Origin: a bacterium
GTDB taxonomy: Bacteria; Bacteroidota; Bacteroidia; Bacteroidales; Rikenellaceae
Assembly (NCBI GenBank): GCA_963658625.1
Contig: CAVKRC010000003.1
Span: 24,352-88,351 of the forward strand
Direction of reading: 5' to 3'
DNA length: 64,000 nt
Shown: piece by piece, positions 56,807-64,000 of the stretch
How positions within the stretch are numbered: the stretch's first letter is position 1
Layout of the letters: each line of letters opens with the position of its first letter
Notes under the pieces: model-generated
What the model was told of the DNA's origin: nothing
The model's database searches: none
Seen by the model: only the letters and a program-made list of their open reading frames with translations
Translations under genes and position numbers: made by a program

Positions 56807-57541
56807 TTACTCCTCGTCGCCCTCGGTGTCGGGCTCAGCCATATTGTGGTAAACGTTCACCACATCGTCGTCCTCCTCCAACTTCTCGACCAGTTTCTCG
56901 ACCGACTCGCGAGCCTCGCCGTCGAGTTCCTTGGTGTCGGTAGGTATGCGAACCGACTCGCCCGAAACGATTTCGAACGAATGATCGTCCAACCACTTTT
57001 GGATTGCGCCGAAAGCCTCGTAAGGGGCATAGACAGTGATGCCGTCCTCCTCAGTATAGAATTCGTCCACTCCGAGGTCTATCATCTCCAACTCCAACTC
57101 CTCGGGATCGGCATCGGCTGCCTTGAACTTGAATACGCACTTGTGATCGAACATAAATGCCACGCTGCCCGAATTGCCGAGCGTGCCGCCGCACTTGTTG
57201 AAGTACATGCGCACGTTTGCCACGGTACGGTTGGTGTTGTCGGTAGCGGTCTCGACGAGGAATGCGATGCCGTGAGGACCGTAGCCTTCGTAAACTACCT
57301 CCTTATAGTCGGCGGCGTCCTTCTCCGTTGCACGTTTTATGGCACGCTCGACATTCTCCTTAGGCATATTCTCTGCCTTGGCGTTTTGGATAAGGATACG
57401 CAGACGGGTATTACCCGACGGATCCGAACCGCCAGCCTTGACAGCGATCTCAATCTCCTTGCCTATTTTGGTAAATGTACGCGCCATGTGTCCCCAACGT
57501 TTGAGTTTACGCGCCTTACGGTATTCGAATGCTCTTCCCAT
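56807..57541 (-). CDS. yebC: YebC/PmpR family protein
   Basis: MGRAFEYRK, NMPKENVERAI, YEGYGPHG, TDNTNRT, EDDDVVNVYHN. Confidence 0.95.
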   Translation of the reverse strand: MGRAFEYRKARKLKRWGHMARTFTKIGKEIEIAVKAGGSDPSGNTRLRILIQNAKAENMPKENVERAIKRATEKDAADYKEVVYEGYGPHGIAFLVETATDNTNRTVANVRMYFNKCGGTLGNSGSVAFMFDHKCVFKFKAADADPEELELEMIDLGVDEFYTEEDGITVYAPYEAFGAIQKWLDDHSFEIVSGESVRIPTDTKELDGEARESVEKLVEKLEEDDDVVNVYHNMAEPDTEGDEE

Positions 57542-57656
57542 ATCAATTTATATTATTTTGTTATTTTTCGATTTTGCACGCAAAATTAGCAAATTATTCG
57601 TACAGACCGCAATATATTGCAAATTTTATTATTTTTGTCCGAAATTTTACGAAACC

Positions 57657-58220
57657 ATGGATAAGGAGATAGAACTTGCATTGGAGGTACTGCGCAAGGG
57701 CGGTTTGATACTCTACCCTACCGACACGGTATGGGGCATAGGCTGCGACGCGACCGATGCCGATGCGGTGGCGCGAATCTACGCGCTCAAAAGGAGCGAG
57801 AACAAACACGCGATGCTCGTATTGTGCGAATCGGCGGATATGGTCGTTCGCTATGTGAACAAGGCTCCGCGCATCGCATTCGAGGTTATGGAGATGGCGG
57901 CCAAACCGCTGACGCTGATTCTGCCGGGTGCAGCAGGCGTTGCCGAGAATCTGATACCCGAAACCGGCACGCTCGGGGTGCGCGTTCCCGACCACGAATT
58001 TTGCCGCAAGTTGTTGCGCAAGTTCGGCAAGCCGATAGTATCGACCTCCGCCAACATATCGGGCGAGCAGACGCCGAAAAACCTTGCCGAGGTCTCGCGC
58101 GAGATAATCGACGGCGTCGATTTCGTGGTCAATCCTCGTTTTCAGGGCAAGCCGACGGGCAAGCCGAGTTCGATAATCGCTTTCGGCGAGGGCGGCGAGG
58201 TGAAAATAATCCGCGAATAG
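57657..58220 (+). CDS. tsaC: L-threonylcarbamoyladenylate synthase (Sua5/YrdC)
   Basis: Start MDKEIE (57657); YPTDTVWGIGCD, IYALK.R, GVRVP, STSANISG. Confidence 0.92.
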   Translation: MDKEIELALEVLRKGGLILYPTDTVWGIGCDATDADAVARIYALKRSENKHAMLVLCESADMVVRYVNKAPRIAFEVMEMAAKPLTLILPGAAGVAENLIPETGTLGVRVPDHEFCRKLLRKFGKPIVSTSANISGEQTPKNLAEVSREIIDGVDFVVNPRFQGKPTGKPSSIIAFGEGGEVKIIRE

Positions 58221-58223
58221 AGT

Positions 58224-58625
58224 ATGCCGAAGACGATAGTAACACCTATACAAAAGCGTTTTTCGGACGCCGATATGTTCCGCCACATCAACAATGCCGT
58301 GCAGCAGAGTTATTTCGATTTGGGGAAAATCGAGTATATGCACGCCGTATTGGGCATCGACGAGGCTTTCGACCGCGTATCGTTCATCACGGTGGCGAAT
58401 ACCAACAATTTCTACAAACAGATTCGTCAGGAGACCGACATCGAAGTACGCACCTCAACCCGCAAGGTCGGCACCAAGAGCATCGTGCTTTTCCAGCAAA
58501 TCGTCTGCCCGACCGACGGCACCGTATTGAGCGACAGCCTTACCACCATGGTCGCATTCGACTGCAAGGCGCAGGTGTCGGTAGCCGTAATCGAAGAGTG
58601 GCGGGCACGGTTGTTGAGTGATTAG
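58224..58625 (+). CDS. Acyl-CoA thioesterase (4HBT hotdog fold)
   Basis: RFSDADMFRHINNA..YFD, VGTKS. Confidence 0.85.
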   Translation: MPKTIVTPIQKRFSDADMFRHINNAVQQSYFDLGKIEYMHAVLGIDEAFDRVSFITVANTNNFYKQIRQETDIEVRTSTRKVGTKSIVLFQQIVCPTDGTVLSDSLTTMVAFDCKAQVSVAVIEEWRARLLSD

Positions 58626-58640
58626 TGGACAGCATAATCG

Positions 58641-58679
58641 AGCGAGAGAGCAGGTTTTGTACCTGCTCTCTCGCTGTTT
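58641..58679. terminator. Terminator hairpin between the convergent thioesterase and glycosidase genes
   Basis: AGCGAGAGAGCAGGT / ACCTGCTCTCTCGCT perfect 15-bp stem. Confidence 0.8.
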
Positions 58680-58763
58680 ATAAATGGTAATGATGCCAAA
58701 AACGACGCCTGTGTATAAAATCTCGTTCGGAACATTTATTTTGGCAAAGTTTGATTCGGCGTA

Positions 58764-60110
58764 TTAGAATTCCGCGATGACGGGTTTGTTGTCAATCCAG
58801 TCGAGCATATTTATCACAAGCGTATTCCAGTCTTGAAAACCCGGATTGAGAATAGGCTCGCCATTCGATGGCTGATAGTATTCGTGCAATACTCCGGTGC
58901 GCTCGTAATCCCGTCCGAACAAAGAAATCGTTTTGGTCGCCAGTTCACGAGCCTCTTTATTATAGCCATACTTTACAAGTCCGCGCCACGTCAGATAGTT
59001 GGAAACTCCCCAAACAGGACCAAGCCATGTCGATGGGTTGCCACTGGCTTTGAGCGAATACATCTTCTCCATTTTGGAGAGCGTGCGTATGCCATAAGGA
59101 GCATTGAAGGTCTTTTCGTTGGCAAAATGCTCGCGTACCATACGTTCTGCCTGTTCGGGTGTGGCTATGTCAGCCCACATCGCGAGGAATCCAGACCAAA
59201 CGCCTATGCGCTGAATCAGACAATCCCAAGTGCGCGGTGCGCCGCCATGATACATCTCCTTATCCGGGCTGACGGGGCGAAGGTTGAGATCGACGCTGTA
59301 AAAGAAGCCGTCGCGTTCGTCCCAACAATGTTCCTGAATCGCCTGTTTCAATTCATCGGCATTACGGGCATATTCCGCTGCAATTTCATTCAAATCGAGA
59401 CGACCCGCCAGATACTCCATCGCACGAAGTTCCTTGTACATCATACAGTTCAGGAATATGGACCCGGAACTGCGGTCGGGACGAAAATAGGTACAAGGGT
59501 CATTGTCCACGCCTATCATAACATCATTCTGCCAAAAATAGAGTCCTGTCGCGCGATGGCGATAGCGATTGACATAACCGCCGACGAAATACTCCAAGCG
59601 GAAAAACTCGTTGCGCAGCCATTCGGCATCGCCACCGTTTTGCTTTACGATAAATGCGGCGTGTTGTGCCAAACAAGGTTTGTGCATATTCTCTTTATAG
59701 ATGTCGTCCGGTTTCTGTGTGCCGTTTTCCATCGAGATATTGACAGGTACCCAACCATCGATGCCCGAGTATTGCAGAAAATTGAGCACACACCCGGTTT
59801 CATATTGGAGAAGTTCATCGACTTCTTTTTTGCCTTGGTCTGCCGCAGCCTGATGAATGGCGACATTGCTCAACCACGAATCCCAATCCCACAACACATT
59901 GCCGTACTGCGCCCCTCCGGGTACGATGAACGGGAAAGAGAGATGTCCCCCGGGCTGACGGCAATAATCCTTATAGGTGGAGTAGATTTTCTCACGAATG
60001 ATTTTGCCGTATCTCTTGCAATCGGAAGTCTGTTGTTTTTGGGCAAATACTTGCAGTGTTGGCGCGCCGGCAAACAATAATGCCGCAATGGCAATAAGTT
60101 TCTTGTTCAT
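58764..60110 (-). CDS. Secreted (alpha/alpha)6 glycoside hydrolase, GH63/trehalase-like
   Basis: Signal peptide; LWDWDS, GVDNDP, WDERDGFF, YGIRTLS, WLGPVW, LHEYY. Confidence 0.8.
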   Translation of the reverse strand: MNKKLIAIAALLFAGAPTLQVFAQKQQTSDCKRYGKIIREKIYSTYKDYCRQPGGHLSFPFIVPGGAQYGNVLWDWDSWLSNVAIHQAAADQGKKEVDELLQYETGCVLNFLQYSGIDGWVPVNISMENGTQKPDDIYKENMHKPCLAQHAAFIVKQNGGDAEWLRNEFFRLEYFVGGYVNRYRHRATGLYFWQNDVMIGVDNDPCTYFRPDRSSGSIFLNCMMYKELRAMEYLAGRLDLNEIAAEYARNADELKQAIQEHCWDERDGFFYSVDLNLRPVSPDKEMYHGGAPRTWDCLIQRIGVWSGFLAMWADIATPEQAERMVREHFANEKTFNAPYGIRTLSKMEKMYSLKASGNPSTWLGPVWGVSNYLTWRGLVKYGYNKEARELATKTISLFGRDYERTGVLHEYYQPSNGEPILNPGFQDWNTLVINMLDWIDNKPVIAEF

Positions 60111-60124
60111 TGGTTATAATCGTA

Positions 60125-63100
60125 TTAAAATTTGTTCGTTTCTATTACCACCGGACCGATAAGACCCGTTTTTTGAAGTTCATCGTGTGCCGTCCATGGC
60201 TGATAGGCAACCCATGTGCGACGTTGTGATTCGGGCATATTCAAGTCGCCGATAATGCGGTTCTTCCAAGTGGTAACCACCTCTATTTCGATTTCATTGC
60301 GTCCTGCTTTAACTGCGTCCGTTATATCCACGCGATATGGCGGTGTCCAGACTCCGCCGACGCAAATGCCGTTGATTCTGACCTTTGCCATGGCGACGAC
60401 ATCGTTAAGATTGAGGTATATACGCTCATCTGGCAGGGCGTCGAACTCAAAGTCGTTCCGATATATAACGGGTCCCGAATAATGACGTATATTAAAGTCG
60501 CCATGCGTTGAGAGGTCGAACAGTTCGGTCGCGACAACAGGTTGTGCAGGTCCGCGTTTATCGGCATCGAATATGATTGTCCAATCCTTGTCCAATGTCT
60601 TAACCGTTTTATACGGTGGGAAGTTGCACTCTTCTCCAGACTTAATGTCGGTCGTTACCGAATCGGCGGCAGGACGACGGAACACGATAAACAGGCTCCC
60701 GTATCCGTCCAATTTCAGCGGCACTTCCACTCCGTTTCGGGTCGGTTTGAAGGCAGGCAACACCCGCATGGAGCCATCAATGGCATTCCACGCTTCGGGT
60801 TGCATACCGCGAATGCGGAATTCGGGAGCAACGCTTATGGGTTTGTCGCTTTGGTTGGAGACGAAATAGATGTCCATATTGTTCACGGTTCTGTGGCAAT
60901 ACAGTATCGGCGCATTGTCTTCCGTGCGGCAATCCGGCACACAGTCTATATGCGACAACGCCTGTTCCATGGTCAGCCCGTCCATCAGCATTCCTCTGCC
61001 TATACGGGCAATACCCGTATTGCCGTCAATCTGCGACCAAAGTTCTGTCGCCATATCATTGACCTCGCGGTCGGCAACAGGATAGTTCTCGTAACTCGGC
61101 GAGCGATGCGGCGCAGGTCCGAGAACAACGGCACCCTGCTCGATGAGTCGTTTGATTTTGCGAAGCAGTTCCGGACGCATTGTTTGCAATTCGGGCAGGA
61201 CAAGCATACGGTACTGCGTCCCATGAGGAAGGGTAAGCAATCCATCGACTACGGTCATATCGCGCTCGATGACTTCCGCATTTATATAGTCGAACTGATA
61301 CCCTTTCGGAAGCGGCGGATTGGCAATACCCGTCATCTTCGGGGTGTCCTCGCCGATAAAGTAGGCGACATCGGCAATGTTCAACCCTTGTTGTAGCATA
61401 AAATTGACACGCTTAATATATTTTATGAACATGTCCAAATGCGGGAACCATACATTCTTTCGGTTGAATTCATTGCCGAACGTGGCATTGACTCCCGGTT
61501 CCCGCTCCTCGTATGGTTGCGAAATATAGAGATGCAACAGAGTGTTGTTGATTCCTTCGGTAAAGAAGCGGTCGCCTCGCTGTTTCATCATTGCAGGGTA
61601 GCGATGAAAACCGCCGCCACCAGCAGTGAATGATTCTGCCGATATTTTGGTCTTGCCATATATATGACCGCACGACGACGCAGCACGATTCTCGATGTCG
61701 CCGAGACTGCCCTCGCTCCAAAATTCTCCACCGATTTCGTCGGATTGACCGCCGTATTGGAGAAATTCGCCGGGGAAACCCCAATGACCATAATTTTCGA
61801 GCCATGTCGTCAGTCCGTATTTATGGCTGATTTCGCGCAACCCGGCAACATAATCATAAGCTACCTTGTCGGCAACCAGACGCCGCATATCCCACAGGAA
61901 TCTGTCGGATATGTCTTCGCTCTGCACTACCTCGCCGGCATACACGGGGAGGAACGGGACGGGATCGTAACCATAGCGGATTTTGAAATCCTCGATAAAC
62001 CCGTCCGTAAAATTCTGACCGCCCGTCTCGTAGGAGTCTTCGACAACCACCTTCCAACATTTGCGGTCTTGGACCGGTATGCGTCTGTATATCTCCCCGA
62101 GGAAGGCTTCAAAATGCGCCCGAATATGTTTTTTGCTCATTTTGTCGGTTTCGAGTCCCTCGGCTTCGGGACGAGCCGGTGAATTTACCACACCGGTCGG
62201 CAACATGCCTGTGCGCATAATGGTCCACTTGCCTTGCGGCGCATTCCATTCGAGATGGTCTCCTTTGAGGCAATCGCTGATGTCGAGTATGTCGTCTTTG
62301 TCGATGACAAGAGACGAATCGTCCGGTTCCGGTTGAGCCCGCCACATATATTCGTGCCAATAAGGCAGTGGAGTTTGGAACATTTTTGCCAAAGTCTTCT
62401 CCGGATAACGCTCCACGACAGGTTGCGAAGAGAGTTCCATCTCGCGCAAACCGAAGCCCGGTGTGGCATCGGTAAATGTCAGACGGAACTGCGTTGCAGT
62501 AGTGGTCGGCGTAGTGATGACAATCGGTGCATAAGGATCGAATCCGACATGAAGTGCAGGATTGAACCGTGTTACGGGGAACTCGGCTATGGTTTGGTAT
62601 CTGTCCCCTATTTTCGCCTCAACACATGCGGGACAATCGACCGGTGCATCCGTAACATAGAGTTTGAGACTGCGCAGGGTGAACGGTTTGTCGGCAGTCA
62701 AATACAAACGAATATCCTTGCTGCGCGATGCTATATGTTGCAGTTCGACAGATGTCTCCATATTGCCATCTATCAGATACTCGGGGTGTGCCACCATGGG
62801 AGTGGAGACGATTCGGGTATTGCCCGAATCGAGCAGTTGCCCGTGTTTTGCAGGAAATGCAAGTACTCTTACATCTTGGAAATCGTCACTCCATTCGCTT
62901 TGCGGACGTTGCAAATCCATCGACACCAATCGCCCGCCCTGCACATCGACCGAAGTCTGTGCAAGATAACGCATGGATTGTTGCGGTTTTACCCACGGAC
63001 CGCCCGACTGACTCCATCCGGGGCAGTTGAATATGCCTATGTCTATACCCAGTTCTGTCGCCGTTTTGAGTGCGGAATGCATAACGTTCCACCACTCATC

Positions 63101-63388
63101 GCTGTAAAACTTTACCGCTCCTTCGCCCGATTCGTTGTCTTCCAAACCTATATTACCGATGAACGCGCGGTCGATGCCGATCTCTTTCATGGACTCCAAA
63201 TCGCGTTTTACGCCATCGGCACTGATGTGGTTGGATATCCAATACCAATAAACCGATGTCTGTATAGAATCCGGCGTCGAGACAAAACCTGCCGCCAGTT
63301 CATCTCCCGTGATGGCTTTATGGTTGCTGCACGATGCCATCGACAGCACGGCGCAGAGTCGTAGAATAAGCGAGAATCCGTTTTTCAT
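60125..63388 (-). CDS. GH106 alpha-L-rhamnosidase-like lipoprotein
   Basis: Lipobox MASC; YWYW, GWSQSGGPWV, GLETDKMS, DSYE.G.QN, GEFW, AASS.HIYG, AESFT, GVWTPPY. Confidence 0.85.
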   Translation of the reverse strand: MKNGFSLILRLCAVLSMASCSNHKAITGDELAAGFVSTPDSIQTSVYWYWISNHISADGVKRDLESMKEIGIDRAFIGNIGLEDNESGEGAVKFYSDEWWNVMHSALKTATELGIDIGIFNCPGWSQSGGPWVKPQQSMRYLAQTSVDVQGGRLVSMDLQRPQSEWSDDFQDVRVLAFPAKHGQLLDSGNTRIVSTPMVAHPEYLIDGNMETSVELQHIASRSKDIRLYLTADKPFTLRSLKLYVTDAPVDCPACVEAKIGDRYQTIAEFPVTRFNPALHVGFDPYAPIVITTPTTTATQFRLTFTDATPGFGLREMELSSQPVVERYPEKTLAKMFQTPLPYWHEYMWRAQPEPDDSSLVIDKDDILDISDCLKGDHLEWNAPQGKWTIMRTGMLPTGVVNSPARPEAEGLETDKMSKKHIRAHFEAFLGEIYRRIPVQDRKCWKVVVEDSYETGGQNFTDGFIEDFKIRYGYDPVPFLPVYAGEVVQSEDISDRFLWDMRRLVADKVAYDYVAGLREISHKYGLTTWLENYGHWGFPGEFLQYGGQSDEIGGEFWSEGSLGDIENRAASSCGHIYGKTKISAESFTAGGGGFHRYPAMMKQRGDRFFTEGINNTLLHLYISQPYEEREPGVNATFGNEFNRKNVWFPHLDMFIKYIKRVNFMLQQGLNIADVAYFIGEDTPKMTGIANPPLPKGYQFDYINAEVIERDMTVVDGLLTLPHGTQYRMLVLPELQTMRPELLRKIKRLIEQGAVVLGPAPHRSPSYENYPVADREVNDMATELWSQIDGNTGIARIGRGMLMDGLTMEQALSHIDCVPDCRTEDNAPILYCHRTVNNMDIYFVSNQSDKPISVAPEFRIRGMQPEAWNAIDGSMRVLPAFKPTRNGVEVPLKLDGYGSLFIVFRRPAADSVTTDIKSGEECNFPPYKTVKTLDKDWTIIFDADKRGPAQPVVATELFDLSTHGDFNIRHYSGPVIYRNDFEFDALPDERIYLNLNDVVAMAKVRINGICVGGVWTPPYRVDITDAVKAGRNEIEIEVVTTWKNRIIGDLNMPESQRRTWVAYQPWTAHDELQKTGLIGPVVIETNKF

Positions 63389-63432
63389 ATCTTGAACTTA
63401 ACATTATATTTTATCATACCGTTTACGGCAGA

Positions 63433-64000
63433 CTACTTTTGTGCAACAATAAATATGGATCTTGCGACAGGTATGTCTATTGCAACCGAGGTGCGACCGT
63501 CAGCCGTTCGGAATTGCGCAGGAGTGATTTCGCCGGTATGGGGATTCCATATTTCGACCGAACCGAACCTGCCTCGCAACGATACCTCGCCATTGAAAAC
63601 TGTGGATTTTGTATTTGTGATATAATATAAATCACGACCATCACGCTGCTTGTGCGTATAGTTTACAAAACCGCCGTCATCGGAATCGGCATTGTGCAGA
63701 ATGACATCCGCATCACAACCGACCTGCGCCAATGCTTCGGCGACACTGTCGGCAGTCATCTGCGGAACGAACAGGAATTTGCCACCCTTGTCGTTTGTTG
63801 CGGTTGTCGCAGTATCGACATTTTCTTTGCCGAAAACGGACGAAACAAGCGACCGCACTTGCTCGTCGCGCCCGAACTCCGCCGAGTGGACAGGCAGTGA
63901 AGCCAGTGCTATCACATTGCCGCCGTTGCGATAGAACTCGACAATATGGTTCAATGCATCAGCCGAGATGTAACTGCCGCCGGGAATGATAAGCGTATTG
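63433..64000 (-). CDS. C-terminal part of a glycoside-hydrolase-like protein (GH106-type C-terminal region), runs off the window
   Basis: Frame stays open to the window edge (NTLIIPGGSY...); YTHK..GRDLYYITN and EIWNPHTG resemble the equivalent region of the neighbouring GH106. Confidence 0.6.
   Translation of the reverse strand, partial: NTLIIPGGSYISADALNHIVEFYRNGGNVIALASLPVHSAEFGRDEQVRSLVSSVFGKENVDTATTATNDKGGKFLFVPQMTADSVAEALAQVGCDADVILHNADSDDGGFVNYTHKQRDGRDLYYITNTKSTVFNGEVSLRGRFGSVEIWNPHTGEITPAQFRTADGRTSVAIDIPVARSIFIVAQK

Overview
Chromosomal segment of a gut-type Bacteroidota bacterium, most consistent with Rikenellaceae/Alistipes-like organisms. This is inferred from the SusC/SusD genes, TTTG-N20-TAnnTTTG promoters and moderately high GC. 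About 50 CDS were identified. Most are housekeeping (pssA, manC, murF, pepT, nadE, rlmH, asnS, rpoN, glf, fprA, aroQ, ptb/ackA, thrS-infC, pdxA, efp, greA, yebC, tsaC). The rest include a ParDE toxin-antitoxin pair, a small surface-glycan cluster (wzx, LuxE-like, licD, GT2) and the end of a compositionally distinct glycosidase cluster (GH106, GH63-like). No rRNA, tRNA, CRISPR array or transposase was seen. Most notable: (1) a CAZyme-free SusC/SusD locus flanked on both sides, in mirror orientation, by duplicated 'S8 subtilase lipoprotein + small lipocalin-like lipoprotein ending in RFL' modules, followed by a secreted protein resembling TagC/phage receptor-binding beta-propellers; this is a candidate protein/peptide utilisation system with cognate protease partners. 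(2) A dispersed family of ~107-bp intergenic nested hairpins whose sequences diverge while base pairing is kept, found as tandem pairs at two loci. (3) An AT-rich orphan gene with glycosylase-like motifs next to one repeat pair. (4) A catalytically degenerate GH2 protein. All product calls come from motif recognition by eye; no database searches were run.
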